From an uncultured virus (IMG/VR IMGVR_UViG_2831971958_000015) (taxonomy: Duplodnaviria; Heunggongvirae; Uroviricota; Caudoviricetes), in the IMG/VR virus record IMGVR_UViG_2831971958_000015: DNA of 64,000 nucleotides; one strand, 5' to 3'. Position numbers and translations under genes: made by a program. Of the stretch, positions 28,311 to 36,275 are shown piece by piece. Each line of letters starts with the position of its first letter. Within the stretch, counting starts at the first letter, position 1. The notes below the pieces were generated by a model, which ran no database searches, was not told the origin of the DNA, and was given only the letters and a program-made list of their open reading frames with translations.

Positions 28311-28705
28311 ATCTGCCCCGCCTCTCCTAAATCCTTAATTCGCAGCAGATACTTTTCTATCAGCTCTGCTGCCGCCTGCCAGCCATAACATACCGCTGTA
28401 AAATATCCCTGCTGCCGCAGGAACCTTAACCAGCCTTTCTGCTTTGCCGTCGTGGTATTCTTCCCAGCCTTAAGCTCTATGTACAGCCCGTGGTACTCTC
28501 CCCGCGCTACTGGTAAATGAATATCCGGCACGCCTGCTTTTACTCCCTGCCTCTTTAGCGCCGTTGCTGTCGCCGCATCACGCTTGCCGCCGTTTGGTAC
28601 ATGGTACATATATTCCAATTCCGGCATACGTCCCAGCTGATACCCCGCCCAGCTAAATAGCGCCTCTTGGTGTCCGCTCTCGTCGTCCAGCCTAAAGTTT
28701 CTCAT
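28295..28705 (-). CDS. VRR-NUC domain nuclease
   Basis: HVPNGG..GVKAGVPD..LYIELK. Confidence 0.9.
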   Translation of the reverse strand: MRNFRLDDESGHQEALFSWAGYQLGRMPELEYMYHVPNGGKRDAATATALKRQGVKAGVPDIHLPVARGEYHGLYIELKAGKNTTTAKQKGWLRFLRQQGYFTAVCYGWQAAAELIEKYLLRIKDLGEAGQIWGKE

Positions 28706-29186
28706 GCCCTCGCCTCTCTTTCCTATATTCCCTGTACAATGCTTTCCAGCGCTCCTTGCTTAACCGCCTTTTGTAGCATAAATACCGTTCTGCTTTCCTG
28801 CTGTACTCTGCCAGCTCTTTTGCCTCCTCTTCTCCTTTACCGCCTGCTGCCACAATCCCGTAAAGCGACGGGCTTATTATTCCCAGTTGCCTTTTGATCT
28901 CATTTTCGCAGATACAGCGCGGCGTTTTCGGTCTGCGTCTCTCCATGTATTCCGGGTAAAATATCTGCATTTTCTTTCTCTCTTTCCTGCCTACTGTGTC
29001 CCAGCTGCATATACTGAAATACTCACACCATAGGCAGCAGTGCTTACAGTTCTTACCATGCCGGAATAACCAGTGTATAAGCCTCTGCCTCATTTCCTGC
29101 GCCCCTTTCTGTCGTCTATGCCGTTCCAGTATTCCCAGTTCCTCGTATCCTCGCTGGCATGTGCTATAGCCACTGCTGCCAGACAC
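28692..29186 (-). CDS. Hypothetical phage protein(s); start uncertain
   Basis: Co-oriented ORF. Confidence 0.4.
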   Translation of the reverse strand: MSGSSGYSTCQRGYEELGILERHRRQKGAQEMRQRLIHWLFRHGKNCKHCCLWCEYFSICSWDTVGRKERKKMQIFYPEYMERRRPKTPRCICENEIKRQLGIISPSLYGIVAAGGKGEEEAKELAEYSRKAERYLCYKRRLSKERWKALYREYRKERRGHEKL

Positions 29187-29255
29187 ATTACAGCGCCCGC
29201 CAGTACCAAAAGCACCACGCCCACGCCTATTACCACAATCCGTACATACTGCATC

Positions 29256-30023
29256 TTATCCCCCCTCTCCCTCTAATTTGACTAATGTATATCTGAAATA
29301 CCCGTAGCCGTAATATTCCGGGCTATGTACTCCCTTGCTTATGCTGTCCTTGTCAACGTAATATCCCTTTATCGCCCTCGGCTCTGCTTTGAACCATTGC
29401 CGATCTGAAATTATCCGTATTTCCGGCACTGGTCTTACAAGGTTCTTGCTGCTATTCCAGCGTTTGCCCTGTAGCGCCCCGTCCTCTTCTTTCCTGTGCT
29501 TGTCCGTGTACTTAATCAGATAAGCTGCCAGATCGGCATAGTTGCCGCTGTCGTCCAGAGGAAAGACTTTCACCCGGTTATGCCCCTCATACGCCTTATA
29601 CCAGCACTGCTGCAATATCTTTGTATCTATCTGGTTTATAACTAAGTGGTGGTGCCTGGCTCCCTTGTCCCCGATCTCCATAACATGAATATACTTAAAC
29701 TCTATCCCAGCCTTTTTGTACTCTTTCCGGCACTCCCTTAGAAATATATCCATGTCCTGCCGCATCTGCTCTTTTGTCCGTGGCGGCTCCCCTTTCCTGC
29801 GTATGTAGTCCAGCACTAAATGATAGTCCCCATATCCAAAATTAGCATTTATCAGAATCCTTAACTTTCTTTCTGCCTGCCTTGTATTGATCTTTTGCTG
29901 CTGCTCTGTGGTGGGCTTTACCTTATCCCCCCTCTTTATCCCCTGCTTTTTATATCTGCTTGTAAAATACCTCTCTACCTCTATGGTCTTACCCGCCCTT
30001 GTTATCCTCTCAACGTATGGCAT
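29256..30023 (-). CDS. HUH-family rolling-circle replication initiator
   Basis: Motif I HLVLDY, motif II HHHLVI, motif III AAYLIK. Confidence 0.8.
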   Translation of the reverse strand: MPYVERITRAGKTIEVERYFTSRYKKQGIKRGDKVKPTTEQQQKINTRQAERKLRILINANFGYGDYHLVLDYIRRKGEPPRTKEQMRQDMDIFLRECRKEYKKAGIEFKYIHVMEIGDKGARHHHLVINQIDTKILQQCWYKAYEGHNRVKVFPLDDSGNYADLAAYLIKYTDKHRKEEDGALQGKRWNSSKNLVRPVPEIRIISDRQWFKAEPRAIKGYYVDKDSISKGVHSPEYYGYGYFRYTLVKLEGEGG

Positions 30024-30060
30024 ATATTTTTACTCCTTTTAGGTCTATCTGGTCGGAAAG

Positions 30061-30200
30061 CTAATAGTTTTATCAAGTGGTAAAACGGGCTTGCGCCCGC
30101 GTATTACTTGACATTTCGCCATACAGTGATATACTGGATATAGGTTGTAAAAGCTGTATAGCTTAGCCCCTATGGTATTCCCGTACCGTAGGGGCTATTA
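30061..30200. promoter_or_regulatory. Candidate double-strand origin plus antisense RNA unit
   Basis: Minus-strand CGGGC-GCAA-GCCCG hairpin then CTTGATA (30077-30071); plus-strand TTGACA/TG-TATACT promoter at 30108..30135; hairpin at 30164..30197. Confidence 0.6.
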
Positions 30201-30223
30201 AATTATTCTCATTTAATGCGAAT

Positions 30224-30430
30224 TTACAGGGCTGCTGCTTTCCGCTGCCTCTTAAGGTTTCTGATCTGCTCCAAAAGCCCTTTTTCTTTCTGTGCAAGCT
30301 CTTTGTGCTGTTTCAGCTCCTTGTAGTCGTCCCATAGGCTACGGAAAATAGCAATGCTTTTCCCGTTTCTCCCGTGGCGGCTCAACCTGTTTGCCTCGTT
30401 CCTTAATACTGCTCTCCTTAATTTTCTCAT
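30224..30430 (-). CDS. Hypothetical basic protein
   Basis: Co-oriented ORF. Confidence 0.55.
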   Translation of the reverse strand: MRKLRRAVLRNEANRLSRHGRNGKSIAIFRSLWDDYKELKQHKELAQKEKGLLEQIRNLKRQRKAAAL

Positions 30431-30936
30431 TCTCTAATCGCTCCTTTGCTATAATGTGTTTCTGCATATTCATAAGCCCGTTTATAAGGCTCTGCGCAGC
30501 AAAATAATGTACAGGTATGGAAATGCCTACCTTTGCAGAAATCGCAGGCGTGCAGCTTTGCGTAGCACTCTATAACTTCCTTTTTCCGCTTACGGTCATA
30601 TTCCAGCTTGTATGCCAGCTTGTCCGCGTTTACTACCTCAATCCCCAGACAGTCTGCCGTCTGTATTTCCCGGCTCATTCCCTCACTAATTCCATACTTA
30701 ACGCCTGCTATTACAAATTCGCAGCATTTAAGCAACGCTAAGCCTGCCGCCATACCCGCCGCCCGCTCCTGTAGCTTGTCCTCATTTAAGCATTGCGTCA
30801 TGTATAAATGCGGCGTGATCGGCGCTAAGCCCGCCTCTATTGCCTGCTTTGTAAGCGCCTGCGCATACTCTATGTGCCTGTCAAGCTCTGCGCCGTCCTT
30901 TGCCCTGTACGGGCTGCATATGTATACTGTCCTCAT
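30427..30936 (-). CDS. DUF4406 / nucleoside deoxyribosyltransferase-like protein
   Basis: VYICSPY..PITPHLY..ISEGM..EI. Confidence 0.7.
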   Translation of the reverse strand: MRTVYICSPYRAKDGAELDRHIEYAQALTKQAIEAGLAPITPHLYMTQCLNEDKLQERAAGMAAGLALLKCCEFVIAGVKYGISEGMSREIQTADCLGIEVVNADKLAYKLEYDRKRKKEVIECYAKLHACDFCKGRHFHTCTLFCCAEPYKRAYEYAETHYSKGAIRE

Positions 30937-31274
30937 TCCTGCCCGCCTTTCTCAAATCGTTCTATAAATTCCTGCTCTGTTTGCCATGAAAGCGGGTTCT
31001 CTACTTCCCGCTCTTCCCAACACTCGCCTACTGCCTCGTCCTCGTCGAAAACAAAACGTATATAAGCGTGCGGGTTTTCCTCGTCCTCGTCTGGTATCAG
31101 CGCACTTAAGCTGTAAAATGCTGGCACACCCTTAAAGCTGTATGTCTGTGGGTTTTCCTCTGTCGCCAGCCTCATAATGCCGTAGGCGTTGCTTTCCAGA
31201 ATAGCGCCCCGTTCTACTACTTGCTGCTTTGTCAGCGTGCAGGCGGGATTGCCGCAAAAATCACACATTGCCAT
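30933..31274 (-). CDS. Hypothetical phage protein
   Basis: Co-oriented ORF. Confidence 0.55.
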   Translation of the reverse strand: MAMCDFCGNPACTLTKQQVVERGAILESNAYGIMRLATEENPQTYSFKGVPAFYSLSALIPDEDEENPHAYIRFVFDEDEAVGECWEEREVENPLSWQTEQEFIERFEKGGQE

Positions 31275-31998
31275 CCTCTCCTATTTTTTTAATGAAACTT
31301 ACTGAAATCTCGTATGCCGTCTTCTGCTTGAAAAAAAAAAAAACAACTATCATATATTCCCGGCTCTGGCATCTTCCCAGCAGCTTAACCTTATCGCCTG
31401 GCAGCCAGCCTGCTACCTCGTCCGCGTTCTCCTGCCAGCAAATACAGGGAATATAGCAGCTTGTCCCTGTAAGCACATTCTCTACCTTTACGAAAATATC
31501 AGAAATGCGTTTCCCTCTCGGCGTTTCCCGGTATGTAGGCTTATACGCCAGCTCTCCCATAAGCGCTATGTCATTTTGCAGCATTGCTTTAGGGCTTAAG
31601 CCTATGTACTCTGCCAGAATGAATACCAGCACTTTACCGCTCTTAAAATCTTTAAGCGCCTGCTGCCGCCCGGATATTAAAAGCCTGCTGCCCGGCAGGA
31701 AATAATTTTCAAGCCGCAGCCCGTCCCCGGTCTTTCCCCGGTCTACTGCCGCCTCTGTAAAGGCTACTGCTACCTCGTCAATAATGCCGCTTGGTCTTTT
31801 CGTCTCGATCTTTGCCAGATAACCATTGAACCGCAGCCCGCATATGTCCGTTACCTCTTCCAGCTCCGTAAGCTCTCCTGCCAGCCCCGCTGCGTTGCTT
31901 ATCCTGCCTCTTTCCGTCAGATCGTCCAGAATCCCTGCATTAAGGTCTGCCAGAAAGTCCGGCTTTTTATCCTGCCTTTTGTTCCGCTTTTTGCTCAT
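31261..31998 (-). CDS. ssb: ssDNA-binding protein (tandem OB folds); 3' end corrupted by adapter
   Basis: R.SG..D; P.YRETP.G.RI.D..YIPCICW..G..QSREY..AYE.SV. Confidence 0.8.
   Translation of the reverse strand: MSKKRNKRQDKKPDFLADLNAGILDDLTERGRISNAAGLAGELTELEEVTDICGLRFNGYLAKIETKRPSGIIDEVAVAFTEAAVDRGKTGDGLRLENYFLPGSRLLISGRQQALKDFKSGKVLVFILAEYIGLSPKAMLQNDIALMGELAYKPTYRETPRGKRISDIFVKVENVLTGTSCYIPCICWQENADEVAGWLPGDKVKLLGRCQSREYMIVVFFFFKQKTAYEISVSFIKKIGEDGNV
31307..31343 (+). other. Illumina P7 adapter plus poly-A (assembly artefact)
   Basis: ATCTCGTATGCCGTCTTCTGCTTG (reverse complement of CAAGCAGAAGACGGCATACGAGAT) followed by 13 A. Confidence 0.95.
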
Positions 31999-32257
31999 AC
32001 TTTGCGTGATCTCCTTTCCCGCTATAACTTATCAATATTTCTATTGCCCGCTTATAGCACGCTATTTCGTCCTCTTCCTTTACTTTGCAGATACAGCGCC
32101 CGCGCCTCTCTCCCACATACTCCCAGATTTCAATAAAGTTATTGCCGTATATGTCAAAGTGCATATGACACCTTAAACCGTGGCTTTTCTGTATCGGTCT
32201 GTATATCTGGTAAAATTTATTTATAAGTGCGCTGCGTTCCCCGTCGTTTTCTCCCAT
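31967..32257 (-). CDS. Hypothetical phage protein
   Basis: Co-oriented ORF. Confidence 0.6.
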   Translation of the reverse strand: MGENDGERSALINKFYQIYRPIQKSHGLRCHMHFDIYGNNFIEIWEYVGERRGRCICKVKEEDEIACYKRAIEILISYSGKGDHAKYEQKAEQKAG

Positions 32258-32266
32258 ATGCGCCCC

Positions 32267-32584
32267 TCACTTTTCCGGCATCTGATATAAGCGCGGTATC
32301 ACTGCTGCCATAGGCGGCGTAGCCTCGCTGCCTATCAGTAAGCCTGTGTTGCCCGGCGCATATAAATACCGCCCGCATACGCTCTGTATCTCGTCTATGA
32401 TCTCTATACAGCGCTCTTTGCTTTCGTATATCCCTAGCGTGTACATTGATGTTGCGTCCATATTCAGCATTATTCTGTTTTCTTTCATGCCCGCGTTTGT
32501 AAATTCTTTATACCTTATCCCGCATGATTCTTTGATCGTATAAAGCCCCTCTTTGTCCTGGCTGCGTATGTATACTTCACTCAT
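32267..32584 (-). CDS. Hypothetical phage protein
   Basis: IRSQDK..LG.YESKER..E..DEI pattern. Confidence 0.65.
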   Translation of the reverse strand: MSEVYIRSQDKEGLYTIKESCGIRYKEFTNAGMKENRIMLNMDATSMYTLGIYESKERCIEIIDEIQSVCGRYLYAPGNTGLLIGSEATPPMAAVIPRLYQMPEK

Positions 32585-32599
32585 TGTCTGCCTCGCTTT

Positions 32600-33244
32600 C
32601 TATCTCTCTCCAAATATTGCTATTGCCTCTGCTAAAATTTCTTGCGTAGGCAGATAGCAAATTTCTGTATTCTGGTAATCTGTATGGTGTGTTAAAAAAT
32701 ACTCTTCGCACGCCTGCTGCTCTGTCAGCCCCTCTAACATCAGCGCCCAAATTATTTCCCTTTCCTCTTCCACAAGCGCCCTGCCGTCGTTAATGATCTC
32801 CATGTTTAAAGGCTGCTCTGCTTTCGCGTTTATTTCCTGCAAATACCAGCCCGCCTGCTTATACTCTTCTAAGCGCTCTGGCGTTAATATGCTGTACTCG
32901 TCTGGGAAAATCTTTACTTCATGCGGCGTATAGATTTTTGCGCACTGCCTGCCGTACTCGTCCACTCCTACCAGTGTTTTTATCTCCGTACCGCTCCAAT
33001 TTCCCAGCTTATCTTTAGTGGCAGCTTTTCCCTCACGCACAAAGGGTACAGCCCAGTAAATCCCGTAAAGCTGCGGCGCTGCATACTCCGCTACTGGCAG
33101 GCTCTTAATAACCATTACCCAGTTGCCCGACGTAATAAGTGTGCGCTCGTCCCGTCTTTCCCTGCTACCGTCGCCCCATTCATCTACATAGTTTCTTTTA
33201 AATCCGTACTCGTCTACTGCTGCCTCTGTCTGCTTTCTTCCCAC
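32600..33244 (-). CDS. Hypothetical phage protein
   Basis: GTG start with GAAAGAGAGG RBS. Confidence 0.65.
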   Translation of the reverse strand: MGRKQTEAAVDEYGFKRNYVDEWGDGSRERRDERTLITSGNWVMVIKSLPVAEYAAPQLYGIYWAVPFVREGKAATKDKLGNWSGTEIKTLVGVDEYGRQCAKIYTPHEVKIFPDEYSILTPERLEEYKQAGWYLQEINAKAEQPLNMEIINDGRALVEEEREIIWALMLEGLTEQQACEEYFLTHHTDYQNTEICYLPTQEILAEAIAIFGER

Positions 33245-33269
33245 TTCTCTACCTCTCTTTCGTTTCCCG

Positions 33270-33566
33270 CTAAAAACTGCTATCTATAACCATTTCCTTA
33301 GTGAATACCAGATACAGCCCCAGCGGTACTGTAATGATCGCTATTGTTGCGTCGCCGCCTGTCAGCATAACCGCCAGAATAGTAAACAATAAAAGGAATA
33401 TGCCCGTTAAGCGCTGCTTAAGGAAATACTGGCGGCGCTGCTGTCGCCTGCGCTCCCTCTGCCTGTCCCGGTGTAACCGTTCCATATAATCAGATACAGC
33501 CGCCTTGCTGGTTGTATCTGTGTAAATAATCACTGCATACCTCATGCCCTGCCCTACTTCCTGCAA
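33270..33566 (-). CDS. Hypothetical membrane protein
   Basis: Two C-terminal TM helices (GDAT motif). Confidence 0.6.
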   Translation of the reverse strand: MQEVGQGMRYAVIIYTDTTSKAAVSDYMERLHRDRQRERRRQQRRQYFLKQRLTGIFLLLFTILAVMLTGGDATIAIITVPLGLYLVFTKEMVIDSSF

Positions 33567-34477
33567 TCATAGTCTGCAAAATCTTTGCAGCTGTTAAAGA
33601 TAATTCTGTTATTTACCCAACGCTGTAAGCGCTTAAGCCTATGCCCGGCTGGTATATTCTGCTTATCATAAAGCATTACATACGGTGCATACCCCAGATC
33701 ACGCAGAGTATATACCCGCTCTAAATCCTGCTCAAAAGTGGTATTGAAATTACATAGAACGTATACGCCCAGCTTTTTTCTTTCCCAGCCCGTGATTTCC
33801 CTAAATTCTTTAAATTTCGGTATGATCGCCTCTTTGTCCTCGTACCTGTCCCACGCAAAATGTATGCGTTTTATCTTCATGCGCTTTATGTACCCCGCTT
33901 TTTCCTGCGTCATAATACGAATATCGCAGCCCTGCGAAAAGTCCACCCATGCGCCGCTGTCTATCAGCTGATCGCTTAAGCCTCTCCACTCTTTACAGGC
34001 AAATAGGTTAGCATCTAAAAGCACTATGTTTTTCTGTCCGCGCCAGAACTCCGAAAGATCAGCTACTTTCTTTGCAGCCCGCCCCTCTTTCTTCCCCACT
34101 ATGCAAAAGTCGCACCCTCTGGGACAGCCCCTTGTAAGGAATCCGTAGGCTGTTTCTTTTACCTCTGGTATCTTCTCGAAGTAAATAGAATAGTCCGGGT
34201 ATATGTGTTCTATCTCTTCCGGCAGCTCTGCGCCGCCGTCCGGGTAACTGTACCCTGTGCCGCCTCTTATGATCTCCTGCGCATTTACCGGGTGCTGGTA
34301 ATCTGGCGTAAAGGTAAATACTTTGCTCATGTATACCCGGTCTGGCGGGTTAAGCCATGCTGTAAGCGGGTTATGCCAGCCTACGCTATCGCCCCGGCTT
34401 TTGTGATATGCCGATATTTTCATAAGTGGCAAATTAGGGAACCCGTGACCGTCTACGTCTATCAGCTCTACCCTCAT
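33554..34477 (-). CDS. Radical SAM / Fe-S oxidoreductase
   Basis: FPNLPLMKIS; TRGCPRGCDFC (CxxxCxxC). Confidence 0.85.
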   Translation of the reverse strand: MRVELIDVDGHGFPNLPLMKISAYHKSRGDSVGWHNPLTAWLNPPDRVYMSKVFTFTPDYQHPVNAQEIIRGGTGYSYPDGGAELPEEIEHIYPDYSIYFEKIPEVKETAYGFLTRGCPRGCDFCIVGKKEGRAAKKVADLSEFWRGQKNIVLLDANLFACKEWRGLSDQLIDSGAWVDFSQGCDIRIMTQEKAGYIKRMKIKRIHFAWDRYEDKEAIIPKFKEFREITGWERKKLGVYVLCNFNTTFEQDLERVYTLRDLGYAPYVMLYDKQNIPAGHRLKRLQRWVNNRIIFNSCKDFADYDCRK

Positions 34478-34791
34478 TTCCTGCCGTCCTCTTTTCTATA
34501 GCGGCAGCTGTCGGTATGCCTGCTGCCGCTGCCGTGATATATTCCTTGCCTTGCCAAATCCCTTAAACTCTCCCTCCGGGCGGCGCTCTCTGTCTCTTCA
34601 CTGCTGCCGCTCTCCTGTTCTGGCGTAGTTTTACCGTATGGGCGCTTTTTCGCCTTAAAAAAGCTGCTTAAAAACTTGTTGACCGTCTACATACTCTCTA
34701 GCTGGTATGACCGCTGCTATTTTTCTACGGTATACAGATAACAGCTTTTCGCCTGCTGCATCTGCCGCAGGCTCGCCATGCCTGCTACAAA

Positions 34792-34866
34792 TACGCCCTG
34801 CTGGAATCGAACCAGCGCCCCCGCTGTATGCCCGGCTGCGGTATTCTCCCACTGAATTAAAGGCGC
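34792..34866 (-). tRNA. tRNA-like element with non-canonical, enlarged anticodon arm (pseudo-tRNA or mimic)
   Basis: Acceptor GCGCCTT/AGGGCGT; D-stem ATTC/GAAT; T-arm GCTGG-TTCGATT-CCAGC; 21-nt anticodon arm; no encoded CCA. Confidence 0.6.
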
Positions 34867-34890
34867 TTAATGGCGGCAGCGCCGCCTATG

Positions 34891-35274
34891 TCAAAATAGA
34901 AATCCCTTATCTATCAGAAACTTTATCCAGTCGCAGCCCGTCACGTCGTCCCTTTCTATAAATTTATAAAATTCCTCTTTAGTCGTTACGTTATCCTCTG
35001 CTAAAAACTTCTTTGCTATTGCTACTGCATTTGTTTGAAATACATGCTCTGCATAGAAAGCCTTTTCTATTGTTCCGTAATCATTGCTGCTTTTCGGTGT
35101 ACGCATTTCCACTACTACCATAGGCTTATTATTCTTTTTATTTCTGGCTCTCCTTATAACTACTGCCTCACTGAATAACCAGCCATTCCAGCCGTACCGT
35201 TGCGGTGCAAATTGAGTACGTGGCACTTGTACCAGTTCCCCTGCTTTCAATTTCTTAAAATCTATTTTTTTCAC
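34891..35274 (-). CDS. Hypothetical early protein
   Basis: GTG start with strong RBS. Confidence 0.65.
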   Translation of the reverse strand: MKKIDFKKLKAGELVQVPRTQFAPQRYGWNGWLFSEAVVIRRARNKKNNKPMVVVEMRTPKSSNDYGTIEKAFYAEHVFQTNAVAIAKKFLAEDNVTTKEEFYKFIERDDVTGCDWIKFLIDKGFLF

Positions 35275-35295
35275 GTTTCTACCTCTCTTTCGTTC

Positions 35296-35592
35296 TTAAA
35301 TACAGTCTCTATATTCCGGCTTTCCAGCCCAGTATTTCAGATAGTCAGTAAATGTACTGTTGCCGCTTTCCAGCTCTGTAAATGCTGCCTCTGCCTCTTC
35401 ATTACTGGGAAACTCAAAACTAAAACGGTAACTTTCCCCTGCTTTCGGCGCAAACTGCCCTTTATGCGTTGCCTTGCTTTTCGGGTAAAATGCAAGCGTA
35501 CTGCCATACGGCATAAAGCTATAGTTTTCGCTCCATTCCTCTATTTGAATATCTACACCGCCTGCGCTCTTTCCAGTTTTTAATACTTTCAT
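35296..35592 (-). CDS. Hypothetical early protein
   Basis: ATG start with strong RBS. Confidence 0.65.
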   Translation of the reverse strand: MKVLKTGKSAGGVDIQIEEWSENYSFMPYGSTLAFYPKSKATHKGQFAPKAGESYRFSFEFPSNEEAEAAFTELESGNSTFTDYLKYWAGKPEYRDCI

Positions 35593-35622
35593 GGTCTTAC
35601 CTCTCTTTCGTCCCCTCTTTGG

Positions 35623-35823
35623 TTAAATTGCCCGCTGCGCCAGTTCTGCGCTGTACTGCTGCCGCTTTCCGTTCTCTGCCCCGCCTCTTTGCAGCTCCCG
35701 GTATAAAGTGCCTCTGTGTACGCCTACCGCATCAGCTATAGTCTCTGCATTACTGCCAGCCTTACACATAGCCTCTATTCTCTTCCTGTCCTCATAACTT
35801 AGCCTTTTGTACTTCCTTGCCAT
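35623..35823 (-). CDS. Stand-alone IS30-type HTH protein
   Basis: YKRLSYEDRKRIE..IADAVGVHRGTLYRELQRG..YSAELA, collinear with the transposase N-terminus (IADMLHVHRSTIYREIKRG..YSPDIA). Confidence 0.85.
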   Translation of the reverse strand: MARKYKRLSYEDRKRIEAMCKAGSNAETIADAVGVHRGTLYRELQRGGAENGKRQQYSAELAQRAI

Positions 35824-35952
35824 TGTCCCCGCGCTCCTTTCCTGTTATTGGATAAAAAAATAGTGCGATAGAGTTTTTTAAGCTCTACCGCACTATGCTT
35901 TTACTATTATCTACCGTAAAAAAATAAATGCGGCAGAGGCTTTAATACCTCT

Positions 35953-35978
35953 TGTCGCATTTAATTTTAAAACTTATC
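35953..35978 (-). repeat. IS30-like 26-bp terminal inverted repeat (prophage 1 end)
   Basis: GATAAGTTTTAAAATTAAATGCGACA; length and inner end resemble E. coli IS30 IRs (..CGCAACA); abuts the IS630 truncation. Confidence 0.65.
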
Positions 35979-36085
35979 CATCTGCAGCGTATTGTTTTTG
36001 AAGTTGCTTTCTTACGGATTATGGATTTAAGCTCCTTGTATTCATCTTCCGTAAGCTTGATTACATATTTTCTGGGTCTTGCCAT
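35979..36085 (-). pseudogene. IS630-family transposase N-terminal fragment, interrupted by prophage 1
   Basis: Hand translation MARPRKYVIKLTEDEYKELKSIIRKKATSKTIRCR; probable IS end TA|GTGTAGTGACA near 36174. Confidence 0.7.
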
Positions 36086-36238
36086 AGGAATCACCGCCGT
36101 TTTTTCTTAGTATATACCAAAACGGCTGTATTTACCAGTATAATTTGTCTATATATCAACATGTCACTACACTAGTATAATCCACTTTAATTAGCTTTAT
36201 GTTTAAAAATATGATATAGTGGTCTTATACAGTAGGGA

Positions 36239-36275
36239 GGCCGTAAAAAATCCAAACATTTGGATTTTCTCAGCC
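36239..36275. repeat. Palindromic IS-like end abutting the truncated integrase
   Basis: GGCCGTAA-AAAATCCAAA-CA-TTTGGATTTT-CTCAGCC. Confidence 0.4.

Larger units (their letters stand above)
1..35978 (-). mobile_element. Prophage 1: HK97-like siphovirus bounded by IS30-type ends (IS30 transposase as integrase); other end lies just outside the window
   Basis: Complete co-oriented early/replication, packaging, head, tail, DGR and lysis modules. IS30 transposase at 1..1041 and IS30-like IR at 35953..35978 abutting a truncated IS630 ORF. No tyrosine/serine integrase inside. Confidence 0.85.

Noticed and set aside
31331..31343. Poly-A tract as a phase-variation switch in ssb
   Set aside because: Directly follows an exact Illumina P7 sequence, so it is an artefact
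34655..34852. 65-aa ORF
   Set aside because: Overlaps the tRNA-like fold; GSIP is simply the translated T-loop
1..35978. Apparent excess of CTTAAG and GCTGCC words in prophage 1
   Set aside because: Impression by eye only; needs k-mer counts against a codon-aware model
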